From: a virus
Lineage: Duplodnaviria > Caudoviricetes
Strand: one strand, 5' to 3'
Length of the DNA: 44,200 bases
IMG/VR virus record: IMGVR_UViG_3300021185_001467
Coordinates: 1-44,200 of that record
Position numbers and translations under genes: made by a program. The notes under the pieces were generated by a model that made no database searches, was not told the DNA's origin, and worked only from the letters and a program-made list of their open reading frames with translations. Below are positions 11,201 through 20,096 of this stretch, piece after piece (position 1 is the first letter of the stretch; each line of letters opens with the position of its first letter).

Positions 11201-12275
11201 CAGTTCTTACTACAGAAAAATCGATAGAAGGTACATCATAGTTTTGTAAAAAATTACCATAAACTAATCTACCACCCGCTAACTGTTGAGAAACAGCTAA
11301 TCTAGGAACAGCGTCATAAACCCGTGTTAATTGATCAGCTGGTAAAGTTTTAAATGGATCTTGAGATACGTAAAAAAAGTTTATAAATGATTCACCACCT
11401 ACGGGTTTATCTTCTACAACGTATAAAGCACTTGATCCTGTTTCTTTATATATAAGTTCAACCTCTGTTATACCAAAGTCTGTAGGCGTTGGCACTTGTA
11501 ATTGAACCGATTTTATTGCGTTAACAAATGTTTCAACCTCCCCAAAATTGCTAATAGACGAACTTACAGTGTCTATCTGGTTTAATCTTGAAAAACATAT
11601 TGGTGTAAACGGCGCTAAAGTGCTATACTCGCCATCCTCAAATTTCCATCTATAAGAAAACCTTACTAGTTTATTTTCTAAAAAGTTTGATGTTATAGTT
11701 GCTCCTGATTCGTCAGTTGTACCAACGTTTAAAACCACCGGTGATAAAAAAGGTGCAAGTTTAGCAACAGAAGCTAAATCATCAAAATCACTGTTTGTAG
11801 TGTAATAGGAGCTGTCATTAGCTGCTCTTACAACATTAATCTTTCTTGGTGCATTTCTGTTGTCTGTCCAAAAAAGCAAATCATCAACAAGGTTTATTCC
11901 TGTTATCGGAAAGTTTTGATGGAAGTTTAATGAAGCGCCTGATACTAAAGTTCTTAGTTGTTTTGCTTTTTGATCATAAGAATAGATAGCGTGCGTACCG
12001 CTATTGCTATTATCATATGAATCATTCGTGGTAGTGTAAAAGTATATTTTTTCAGAACCATTATCTCTGTAAGAGCCAATACACTTATTGTTTGCGGTTG
12101 CGGTATCACCTACTAATTTATTGCCTAATAAATTTTCAATAGCTCCCATGTCAGAACTCTCAGACTTACCAACGCTTATATTTAAAGCTTCTCGATAAGT
12201 TCCGGCTGGTACTAATCTATCATCTAGATCACGGTTCATTATACCGCGATTAAATGTTCTTTTAATTTCTGGCAT
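8283..12275 (-). CDS. Tail muzzle/stabilisation protein (P22 gp10-like) with C-terminal Ig-like/BACON-like extension (1330 aa)
   Basis: MNRDLDDRLVP..YREALN, LLFWTDNRNAPRKINV, RLVYGNF, SVKSRRTYQVGIVLADKFGRQTPV and NDSPSTVKQFNTIGYEG motifs. Ends W..ENTTGSARTGTITL..VTINITQ. Confidence 0.85.
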   Translation of the reverse strand: MPEIKRTFNRGIMNRDLDDRLVPAGTYREALNISVGKSESSDMGAIENLLGNKLVGDTATANNKCIGSYRDNGSEKIYFYTTTNDSYDNSNSGTHAIYSYDQKAKQLRTLVSGASLNFHQNFPITGINLVDDLLFWTDNRNAPRKINVVRAANDSSYYTTNSDFDDLASVAKLAPFLSPVVLNVGTTDESGATITSNFLENKLVRFSYRWKFEDGEYSTLAPFTPICFSRLNQIDTVSSSISNFGEVETFVNAIKSVQLQVPTPTDFGITEVELIYKETGSSALYVVEDKPVGGESFINFFYVSQDPFKTLPADQLTRVYDAVPRLAVSQQLAGGRLVYGNFLQNYDVPSIDFSVVRTGETSARHSQLENLSVKSRRTYQVGIVLADKFGRQTPVILSNSGGDTVFVEGGTGSASSTTAFNALRISFSQATINKLQSLGWAYSYRVVVKQREQEYYNWISVINSQDSVARLGDSINKIPRDQTAVIPPSTSSSISPTNVFVFPKILGGSNNTSNTLTKVRSISNPSGDATVSTGSSTSGLSVFETKPFESDLDIFYETSTGGLVSALTTTAKDINFFNCCLLDFTAGTHIETNRLRVGFNQQAFDVGVRAYVVQENFAEERRFNTLIHSSGLFNSRTGINYVNQFNESEGGLTISVDPQNGSIQKLDADDTQVLIFQEDKVSRSPIDKDFIYSAEGGAVPVTSNTQFLGTIAPFPGEFGIAKNPLSYASFGFNKFFTDKNKGVVLMMTQNGALAKISDAGMSDFFRDALKMSTDVIGSYDEYSGVYNLSLTSTGFDGNKDTNVATASNDYLTVSYDPASQGWTSFVSFKPESGISLNNTYYTFSGGSLWEHNNILPGTRNNFYGLGSVESYVDAIMNDSPSTVKQFNTIGYEGNEDWEITFIQTDIESIGTLPTTSSTIATTLQTSGNIPNAGISGQQTIIANEGDTITWIITASPISSAYRFNSVSDVVLSDTGLTIVNPTSITADGNIVFRVSYVVTNSETIQTLNVSGVGAVLANLPALLTINTTDAVALADLTPASQVFNTEGSSNVIFSLLANEDYYIDPASITIDTSGSSSFNPGSAVVSRLEAASPAKANNRDNAQYSIPITVPNTVSVGSIAVSGTAIAKTNLAWVTPTAQYMAFTTPGNNYKISKFDVENATATLTYTNIPADKTMTTGSVNFVVTDQTTGNLVPSTTTLNINADINFNAAYNVQLIEPSSDITAVITITGGVVDATMGSYSAQTLPAVPGSDTLIVSSTNVTSLATPSDSWILIGGSTGPATIPASTSFFINTTENTTGSARTGTITLSNQNTRISPALSDVTINITQNG

Positions 12276-12283
12276 AAAATTTA

Positions 12284-13207
12284 TTAGTGTTTAATCCATT
12301 TTGATTTATTACGCATTATTTGTGTCATTTCTGTAAGTTTCATGTTTGACAACCTTATTTTTGCGTTTCTCATTTTAGAAGAAGCTTCTTTTTTGTATAA
12401 CGCCGCTGCTCCTGCTGCGGAACCTCGTAGTTTTGATAAATTGTACAATATAGAAGCATAAACAGCATCTTCAGCAAGCTTGGGAACGTAGACATTATCA
12501 AAGTCTCCATTATCGCCCAGTCCGTCGGATATGTAAGTAAATGTTATATAGCTTCCCTCTTTAAATGCTGAGTCAAAGTAAATAATGCCTGCTTCTGTAT
12601 CAAGAACAAAAGTACCATTTATATTTTGAAATTCAGGCGTGGACCCATACCTTTGCCCATAATAAAGATAATTATCGTTATCGAAGTAGCCGTTATAATA
12701 ATCTCTAGTTTGATCTATATCTAAGGGTTTTACATCGGACTGGTATTTATCTATAGTTTCAGATCTTTCTTCAAATACTATATTACCATCTTGATCATAA
12801 AGATATTTATACTCTTGATCCTGAGCTATAGCTTTATTAGCTGTTGTAGTTCTGCTAGGTAAAATTGGACGCATTACGCCGTTAGAATCTGTATATTCTA
12901 CACGAACGTAATTAACGTAGTCAGAAGGTAAAGATATACTTTTTGTAGGGCTAAGTTCTATTTCAATAGACTTTTCTGAATGTAAAACATCATAGCTAAA
13001 TTCCTGCACGGAACGCTGCGCCCAGAAAGCTACTTCATACCTAGGCACTTTAGTAAGAACTTTACCGTCACCAATATAAGCAACCATGAAGTTGTTAATT
13101 ATATCATTTAGATTTGTTCTTCTGTAATAACCCGGTATAGCTAATCCTGTGCCTCCGTCTAAAGCAGAGTAATTGTTTACGTCTAAAGGTCTTCTTGATA
13201 TTGCCAT
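12284..13207 (-). CDS. Tail ring/tubular protein (307 aa)
   Basis: LPSDYVNYVRV and YISDGLG...VPKLAEDAVYASI motifs; directly upstream of the muzzle gene. Confidence 0.75.
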   Translation of the reverse strand: MAISRRPLDVNNYSALDGGTGLAIPGYYRRTNLNDIINNFMVAYIGDGKVLTKVPRYEVAFWAQRSVQEFSYDVLHSEKSIEIELSPTKSISLPSDYVNYVRVEYTDSNGVMRPILPSRTTTANKAIAQDQEYKYLYDQDGNIVFEERSETIDKYQSDVKPLDIDQTRDYYNGYFDNDNYLYYGQRYGSTPEFQNINGTFVLDTEAGIIYFDSAFKEGSYITFTYISDGLGDNGDFDNVYVPKLAEDAVYASILYNLSKLRGSAAGAAALYKKEASSKMRNAKIRLSNMKLTEMTQIMRNKSKWIKH

Positions 13208-13950
13208 TATTGTTCAGTTGCTATAATTTGTTGTTCTCTGCCTTGTGCAAAACCTGCGACATCGGCTTGTTTTATTACCACTCCGGCATATGTTAAAATT
13301 CTTACTACTAAATCATACTCTTCAGAAGAGTGCAATTCAAAGTTATAAGATTTTGCAGGCGTGTTGTAGTTATCTGTATTGGGGTCAAAAATGGTTGAAT
13401 CATAAATAGGCTTATTAGGCACCCCCGCGCTAACTTGAGCAGGTGTTGGCATTACGTATCCCCATTTAGGTTTATTAGGTTTTTTCAAATAATCCACACT
13501 AACGCCAGTCTGTATACTGCTGGGAAATACTTTAATGCCTCCATTAGCAAGAGTATATACCGCTTGACTTTTAACAGGCGCGGTTAATGGTGATTGGTTA
13601 ATATATTTTATATCGGAATGATGAGCAAAGTCTGCTATTTTATTGTCAACAGCCACCACTCCTAGTCTATAAAAATCAGAGGGGTATTCAAAAACACCAT
13701 TATTAAGCGTTAAGTCTGAAGTGTTATAAAACTCGTTAATTTTCTCAGACGTATTTAATACAGGATCAGCAAAGTCGCTGGTTATATTAGCGTTTAATTC
13801 ATAACCTGATTGCTTTCTAAAATAGCTTTCAAATATTTCATTTTGAGCTTGATTGGCTAATCTGTTAAACTCCTCTGGTGTTATATATCCGCGATTGTCT
13901 TTATTAGTTATAACTAATACAGTGTTATAGACATTATCTATATTTACCAT
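13207..13950 (-). CDS. Head-tail adaptor/ring protein (247 aa)
   Basis: NKDNRGYITPEEFNRLANQAQNEIF, YPSDFYRL, YLKKPNKPKW and FELHSSEEYDLV motifs; position in the head-tail block. Confidence 0.75.
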   Translation of the reverse strand: MVNIDNVYNTVLVITNKDNRGYITPEEFNRLANQAQNEIFESYFRKQSGYELNANITSDFADPVLNTSEKINEFYNTSDLTLNNGVFEYPSDFYRLGVVAVDNKIADFAHHSDIKYINQSPLTAPVKSQAVYTLANGGIKVFPSSIQTGVSVDYLKKPNKPKWGYVMPTPAQVSAGVPNKPIYDSTIFDPNTDNYNTPAKSYNFELHSSEEYDLVVRILTYAGVVIKQADVAGFAQGREQQIIATEQ

Positions 13951-13971
13951 TTATATTTGTTTTTGTTAGAT

Positions 13972-14000
13972 GGTATAGAGCTGATTTCTCGCTCTACACC
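13972..14000 (-). other. Intergenic RNA hairpin without a U-tract
   Basis: Minus strand GGTGTAGAGC-GA-GAAA-TC-A-GCTCTATACC: 10-bp stem (one G-U), bulged A, GNRA loop. Confidence 0.65.
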
Positions 14001-14006
14001 TGGTAT

Positions 14007-14777
14007 TTATGAAAGCTTTTTAGTAATAGACTTCATTAAGTCTACGCCTTCATCAGTTTTAAAGTATTGAGCTAAAGCAGCATAAGGATGTTGCTCAAAC
14101 GGTACTGTTAAAACTTTTTTGCCATTAGCAAATTTAAAAACAGTATTATCGTCTGTTAATTGCAATATACCTACTTCAACAGCTCGGTTAGCTAAATTTC
14201 TTAATTTTATATCTTCATCTTGAGTTAGTTCTAAAAATAAAATAGGATTATGCTTTGCAAATCTATAAGCATCCCGTTTTAATTCTTTAGAAGATAACTT
14301 AGAAACCGTAGATCCCATTTCTGTTCTCATGATAGCTTCTAAATGTTCAATATCAATTTCGTTACACATGTTTAAAGCTTCTAGCTCTAATTCTAGCATA
14401 TCAATCTCATCTTCTGCTTCTTGAACTTCGTCAACTTCCATCCATAACGAATTACGCTCAGGATGATATAAAGATAATAACTTTTGCAAATTTTGTTGTT
14501 CTTTAGGAGCATATAATACCCCGTCAAGAAAAACAATATGAGCAAGTGTTGCCGCGCCGTCTTGATCTTCAACAAATAAAGAGCGTTGATTTGTAGCGTA
14601 ACGTATTTCTTTATTAATACCAGATTCTTCGTCGAAGTATAATAAAGGTTTTCTTGCTGTATGCTTTGTTTGAATTGTCCATGATATAGGCGCCCTATTG
14701 TTAGTTAGCATATATGTCCGGTCTTTTATTTCCCAGCCGTTTTCTGCAACTGGAGATTTTTGTGCTTTTGTAGCCAT
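14007..14777 (-). CDS. Conserved crAss-like protein encoded immediately downstream of the MCP (256 aa)
   Basis: EIRYATNQRSLFVEDQD, IVFLDGVL..P and LSSKELKRD motifs; position next to the MCP. Confidence 0.65.
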   Translation of the reverse strand: MATKAQKSPVAENGWEIKDRTYMLTNNRAPISWTIQTKHTARKPLLYFDEESGINKEIRYATNQRSLFVEDQDGAATLAHIVFLDGVLYAPKEQQNLQKLLSLYHPERNSLWMEVDEVQEAEDEIDMLELELEALNMCNEIDIEHLEAIMRTEMGSTVSKLSSKELKRDAYRFAKHNPILFLELTQDEDIKLRNLANRAVEVGILQLTDDNTVFKFANGKKVLTVPFEQHPYAALAQYFKTDEGVDLMKSITKKLS

Positions 14778-14789
14778 AATTAAATAATA

Positions 14790-14826
14790 TAAAATAAGAA
14801 TAACGAGCCCCGAAGGGCCCGCATTC
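14790..14826 (-). terminator. Probable intrinsic terminator/attenuator after the major capsid gene
   Basis: Minus strand GCGGGCCC-TTCG-GGGCTCGT (C-UUCG-G tetraloop) followed by TATTCTTATTTT. Confidence 0.75.
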
Positions 14827-14844
14827 TATGATTAAAAACTGCTA

Positions 14845-16377
14845 TTATGCTTTGAATAATACAAAGTTATTGGCAGCTTGAGTAATAAGACATCTTTCAG
14901 TAAGATAGTGCATTCTCATTTCATCAACATCAGTTGTTTGAGCTCCACCTACAGATCCTGTTACCCAAGATTTCATCTTGCGGTTATCCGCTTCAGAAGA
15001 ACGGTAACGAACGTGTAAGAAAGGACGCTTAATGTTTGTTCCTAATTGTTGATCATATACTGTAGAAGTACCCGCTGGCACTAGTACACCTTCGATATCT
15101 CCAAAACCTCCACGAGTTGACCAGTCGTTTAAGTATTTCCAGTCAGTTTTGTAAAAGTCATAAGATCCACGACGGTATCCAGTAAACCCAAGAGTTAGAG
15201 CCATATCTTCGCTGTTATTAAATACTCCGTAAGAAGTACCTCCAGCGTAGCCACCATTTTGTTGAGCAAGAATATCATCAATTTCTAATGATAGATCACG
15301 ATTTAAGAAAAGCATGTTTTCTTCAATTGCTCCTTGCTTGTCTAGTTGCTTAAGTACAGCGTCAAAATCAGTAAGTGCTCCACCACCTGCAGCTTGCGCT
15401 CCAAATCCTGAATATACATTACCTCTTTCTTCAATTGCATCAAAGAAACCTTGAGTACCACGAGCATTTTGCGCAGCTAAGCTACCTCCAAATGTTCCGA
15501 GTGCAATATTAGCACCTCCTGCAGTTTTCTCAACACCTTCAACCATAGCCATTTCTACGTAGTCTTCCCAGCGTAGACGATTTTCGTGCTCTGATTTTAG
15601 GTACCATAGGTATCCATCAGCTCCATTTTCTGAAGTCACTTCAATCCACCCAATCTGAGCAGTGTCAGATCCGTTAATTGAATAGTGCTCTTTCATAATG
15701 ATAGGAGCGTTAGTAAATGTAGCGTAGCTAGGATCTAGCTTTTCAGTAAAGTTTCCAGTACCTTTAGCAAATTCAGATCCATATACTAATGCAGTTACTC
15801 GTTGAGCAGCTGTTACACCAGCATGAGCTTTGTATGCTTTAATTTGAAAACGAGTATCTTCAACTAATGTTACTACACCTTTAATAACGGCAGCGGTTCC
15901 ACCAACGGCAGAAGTAGCATTTGTTTGAACTTGGATCATAGCTGTTTGACCAACTTTGAAGTTACAATTACCGGTTGTAGCAGAAGTAAGACCAACACTT
16001 GTTGGCTGAGCTGGAATAGTAAAGTTAAGACGACCACCGGCGTTAGCATCAGCTGCAATAACAGCAGCAGCACCAACAGCAGGTAAAGCAGCAGCAGTAC
16101 CTTGTGGAAGTACATTCGCGTAGCGAGTATGTAAACGTCCTTGCTCAGTCCAAATAATCTGATCTGAAGTTGAAGGCATCTCTGCAGATACCATACGTAA
16201 AAATGATCCGATTGAACGATTTCCGTAGCGCTCTACTTCTTTTTCGTATACATCGGGTAAAAATTGTTGTGTCCATTGATCGTGTGCAGCAGCAGTGAAG
16301 TCAATGTAGTTCCCAGCATATAGTGTTTTAGACTGGGTTGGTTGTAAGGCGGCAGGAATGCCACTAGTAAAAGCCAT
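14845..16377 (-). CDS. Major capsid protein (crAss-like, HK97 fold; 510 aa)
   Basis: QQFLPDVYEKEVERYGNR, WTEQGRLH, GSEFAKGT, GFTGYRRGSYDFYKTDWKYLND and RPFLHVRYR motifs. Follows portal and scaffold; followed by a terminator. Confidence 0.9.
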   Translation of the reverse strand: MAFTSGIPAALQPTQSKTLYAGNYIDFTAAAHDQWTQQFLPDVYEKEVERYGNRSIGSFLRMVSAEMPSTSDQIIWTEQGRLHTRYANVLPQGTAAALPAVGAAAVIAADANAGGRLNFTIPAQPTSVGLTSATTGNCNFKVGQTAMIQVQTNATSAVGGTAAVIKGVVTLVEDTRFQIKAYKAHAGVTAAQRVTALVYGSEFAKGTGNFTEKLDPSYATFTNAPIIMKEHYSINGSDTAQIGWIEVTSENGADGYLWYLKSEHENRLRWEDYVEMAMVEGVEKTAGGANIALGTFGGSLAAQNARGTQGFFDAIEERGNVYSGFGAQAAGGGALTDFDAVLKQLDKQGAIEENMLFLNRDLSLEIDDILAQQNGGYAGGTSYGVFNNSEDMALTLGFTGYRRGSYDFYKTDWKYLNDWSTRGGFGDIEGVLVPAGTSTVYDQQLGTNIKRPFLHVRYRSSEADNRKMKSWVTGSVGGAQTTDVDEMRMHYLTERCLITQAANNFVLFKA

Positions 16378-16398
16378 TTGTTTTGATTTTAAGTTGTG

Positions 16399-17646
16399 TT
16401 ATTTATTCCATTTAATGCGCAACTTGTCAGACGAATTGCCTGATACTACTCTAATTTTGTCTCCCTGGTTTGTTTTAATTGTAGAGTTATCTGCCCTAGG
16501 ATCCATATTAATGTTTTTAGATTTTTTAGCAGCGTCTTTTATAGCGTCGGCACGGCCTTGCTCGTAAAAGTGATTAGCAATCTTATCTGCGTTTTTAGCG
16601 GTGAATAAAGCTTTGTGATAGCTTGCAGCATCAGAAATGCTACCATCATCGCCAATAAAGTCATTAATAAAATTAGTAATATCAGATTGATACGTTTTTA
16701 CTTTTTCAGAGTTATCAACTTTAAAACGATATTTGTTTTCTCCAACATTAAAATCAAAACCTTTGAAATTGTTGTTAAAAACTTTATTTGTTTTTTCAAT
16801 AAACTCTTTTTGAAGATCATTATATTCTTCTGATTGTTGCTTAGAACTTTTGTAGTACTCCATAGCTTCAACATACTCCGGGGCAACACTTTCTTGCTTC
16901 CTTAACTTAAGATCAGCATAATATTGCTTCTTTGCATCATTAAAATAGTTTTGGGCACTATATAGTTCTTCTTTAAAAGCTAATTGTTTAGCCTTAATTT
17001 CTGACGGATCGTCAGAGTCTTCATCATAGGCAAAGTTTTTGTTGAATAAAAAATCAACATCATCTGAGTCTAAATGAGGTTTTGTTTTTTTATAATATTC
17101 TCTTAACAAAGCGGTGTTGTCCATTGCGGAAACATCTCTGTTCAGACTTACGTAGTCTTCAACAGAACCGCCTGTTTCTTCCATGAATTTAACAAGTTTT
17201 TCAATGTTCTCAGGTAGCTCCACTTGAGGTGCTAATTCTTGAACTTCTTGTTGTTTTTCAATAGCCGGTTGTTCTTCTTCAGTATCTAATTTTTCATCAT
17301 TATCGGTTACTAACTCTAACGGTGAATTATCAACTACTACTTCTTCTTCTTCTTTTTCGGCTTGCTCTTCTGTATCTTGCTCCCGTACTTGTTTGTCCAT
17401 TTCCGGGCTATCTTCGGCTCCATCGCCCATAGATACGCTCTCTGTTTCTTGCTCTTGAACGGCATCTTCTTCTTTTGTTGGTGGTTTATCTAAATTAACT
17501 TTGTATACTCCATCAGACTGAAGCCCGTAGGATTCATCTACAGAGCCATTTTCAATTGCTTGCTCTAATACAGCAGCTTCTTTTTCTTGGGTCGTAGGAG
17601 CTGGCGTATTGTCTTCAACAGCGTTTACTTTAATTGTTTCTTCCAT
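16399..17646 (-). CDS. Acidic scaffold-like protein (415 aa)
   Basis: Very Glu-rich N-half and IANHFYEQGRADA near the C-terminus; lies between portal and MCP. Confidence 0.7.
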   Translation of the reverse strand: MEETIKVNAVEDNTPAPTTQEKEAAVLEQAIENGSVDESYGLQSDGVYKVNLDKPPTKEEDAVQEQETESVSMGDGAEDSPEMDKQVREQDTEEQAEKEEEEVVVDNSPLELVTDNDEKLDTEEEQPAIEKQQEVQELAPQVELPENIEKLVKFMEETGGSVEDYVSLNRDVSAMDNTALLREYYKKTKPHLDSDDVDFLFNKNFAYDEDSDDPSEIKAKQLAFKEELYSAQNYFNDAKKQYYADLKLRKQESVAPEYVEAMEYYKSSKQQSEEYNDLQKEFIEKTNKVFNNNFKGFDFNVGENKYRFKVDNSEKVKTYQSDITNFINDFIGDDGSISDAASYHKALFTAKNADKIANHFYEQGRADAIKDAAKKSKNINMDPRADNSTIKTNQGDKIRVVSGNSSDKLRIKWNK

Positions 17647-17676
17647 AATTATATATAATAAAATAGTTTAAATAAT

Positions 17677-20094
17677 CTATCTAGGCTCAAATCTTGATAA
17701 GTCAAAACCGCCTAAAACATCATTCCCTTTTGATTCAAAAGATTTTTTAGGTTTACCTGTATCAGGTGGCCCCTCAATTTTTGAAGGATTAATTTTAGTT
17801 CTTGCTATTTCTTTTTGAGTTTCTGTTTGAGTTTGCACTAATTCTTTTTGAGCTTGTAATTCTAATTCTTTTAATTGCACATTCAAATCATATTCAAACT
17901 GCATCAACTCTTTTTTTGTTCTAGCCTCAACTTCCATCTTTTTAATGGATAATTCATTTTCTGCATTAGAAACTTGAATTTTAGACTCTGTTTTAATCTG
18001 TTCAGCTTGAGCTTTCGCTTGTTCTACAACAACCTGCGCTTGGCCTTGCGCTTCTGCTTGAGCAACTGAAGCAGCTTGTGCCTGTGCTTGGTCTGTTTGT
18101 TGCTTTTTAATTCGTCTAAACTTAAGAAGTTGGTTTGCCAGCTTAGTATTGTTTACCTCTCTAATATCAATAGCATCTTCTAAAAATATACTTTTTTGTG
18201 CTAAAGCCGTTTGAATATTAGCCTCCAATAATTGCTTCTCTTCTTGATCAGGCTCTAATTCTAAAAATATGCCAAAATCGTGCATGTGCAAGTTCTTAAG
18301 CTCTTCTAGCGACCCTACCGTAAATTTGCCTAAAGCCCCTATAAAAGCCTCTTTTGTTGGGTGAAACTCTAACACGTCTTTAAATCTTAAAGAAATCGCT
18401 TCGGCTAAGCTGGTTGTAATAAACATGCTGCTGCCTAGTATGTGTCTTGTAGCTGTATTGCTATTTGCCGCTGCTAGTTTTTGTACCCCAACTAAAGCTT
18501 TTGGATCTGGATCAGAACCGTCACGCGCTTCGTTTAAACCCGTAACATCGCGCATCATTTGTATATATTGGTTATAAGCTCCAATTAATATTTGCACTTG
18601 GTTCCCACCTCCTCCTGGCAGTTCTTGAATAGGAACTTTACCTGGATTCATTTCACCATCAACAGTTTGTGATCTACCTATAATAGAACCTGTTTGGAAA
18701 TACATATTTAATGCCTCCTGCGGGTTATAACTTGTACCGTTACCAAGATCAATTTCAGCCAACCCATCAGCGTCTAAATAAACTCCCGACGGAGTCATTC
18801 GTTGTATTGCTTGCTGTAATTTTAAATGAGTTAACTGTACTAAATCAGCATAAGGTGCCATTTTAGAAACTAAAGAATTTATATTTCCTTTATATAACCT
18901 TGGTGCGCTTGCTATATAATTCATCATTACCTTATTGGTATTAGATAATGGGCGAATCATATTAGTAGCTTTATTCCATTTAAGCAGTTCTTTTGTGCCT
19001 AATATAAAAGCTCCTTCATATATAACCTCTCTTGCTTGCGCTACTTTTTGAAATCTAGTTCTTTTGTCCTTTGGCGGATCAAAAGAGTCGTCTTTCTCAA
19101 TAGCTTTTTCAGCTCCAGTAGAAGTCTCTTTTATTTTGTATACATTATTTTCCCAAGACTTCCAATTGAAGTACAACACAGTAACAACATTGTTATCATC
19201 TATAACGTTGTTGTCTTTACCTATGTTATTGTAATCTACATAATTAGATCCCTTCTTTGTATATTCTTCCATCTTTTCATCAGAAAGATCTGGGAATTGC
19301 TTCTTTAGTTCGTTTAGTTTTATTTTTTTAACTTCACCAAAATAATAACAATCTTGAAAGTTAGGGTCTTCTGTATAAGACCAAACTAAATTAGCAGGAT
19401 CTACGTAATCTAATTTTATACCGTCTGTATTGTTAAAAGAGTGCTTTGCGCAACCTATACCTATAACAGCTAAATCATAATCAATTCTGCTTTTAATTTC
19501 GTCATATTTATTTGAAAGAAAAACATTATCAATAGCCTGTTCTTGCGCTATCTCAACGCCTTGCTTATAATTAAGTTGCATAAACAACTCAAGTTCTTCC
19601 GTGTTCGCGGGCAAATCTTCTTCTGGAACATTCCTAGCGTTAACGCCAAGCTCAGCTTCAATATCAGCTAATATTTTTTTAGCCGCTAAATCCCTTTGAA
19701 TATTATTAACAAACTTTGTGCGTTTGCCCGTAGATATAGGGTCTTGTGCAAAAGCTTTTATGCTAAACAACCTGTCTTGCATACCGTTAACAACAATATC
19801 CACAAACTTAGGGACTATTGGTACTGGTTTCCAATCTAAATTTAAATACGATAAGTCCCCATTAATGGCAAACTCATCTTTATATTTACGTATAGATTGT
19901 TCGCCTCTAGCATACAACCTTAATCTATGATACTCATCACGTGTTTGATAATACCTTCCGGACCCATTATCTCTGTTAAACCAGTCTTGCTCTATCGCTC
20001 TAGCTACAGATAAACCATAATCTTTTGATTTTTTTACTGCATCTGAGACTGCTTGACTCGGAAACTGCGTTATTTGTCCTTTATTTTTTGCCAT
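17677..20094 (-). CDS. Portal protein (805 aa)
   Basis: RLRLYARGEQS, LDWKPVPIVPKFVDIVVNG and MMRDVTGLNEARDGS motifs, C-terminal coiled coil; directly after TerL. Confidence 0.9.
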   Translation of the reverse strand: MAKNKGQITQFPSQAVSDAVKKSKDYGLSVARAIEQDWFNRDNGSGRYYQTRDEYHRLRLYARGEQSIRKYKDEFAINGDLSYLNLDWKPVPIVPKFVDIVVNGMQDRLFSIKAFAQDPISTGKRTKFVNNIQRDLAAKKILADIEAELGVNARNVPEEDLPANTEELELFMQLNYKQGVEIAQEQAIDNVFLSNKYDEIKSRIDYDLAVIGIGCAKHSFNNTDGIKLDYVDPANLVWSYTEDPNFQDCYYFGEVKKIKLNELKKQFPDLSDEKMEEYTKKGSNYVDYNNIGKDNNVIDDNNVVTVLYFNWKSWENNVYKIKETSTGAEKAIEKDDSFDPPKDKRTRFQKVAQAREVIYEGAFILGTKELLKWNKATNMIRPLSNTNKVMMNYIASAPRLYKGNINSLVSKMAPYADLVQLTHLKLQQAIQRMTPSGVYLDADGLAEIDLGNGTSYNPQEALNMYFQTGSIIGRSQTVDGEMNPGKVPIQELPGGGGNQVQILIGAYNQYIQMMRDVTGLNEARDGSDPDPKALVGVQKLAAANSNTATRHILGSSMFITTSLAEAISLRFKDVLEFHPTKEAFIGALGKFTVGSLEELKNLHMHDFGIFLELEPDQEEKQLLEANIQTALAQKSIFLEDAIDIREVNNTKLANQLLKFRRIKKQQTDQAQAQAASVAQAEAQGQAQVVVEQAKAQAEQIKTESKIQVSNAENELSIKKMEVEARTKKELMQFEYDLNVQLKELELQAQKELVQTQTETQKEIARTKINPSKIEGPPDTGKPKKSFESKGNDVLGGFDLSRFEPR

Positions 20095-20096
20095 AT

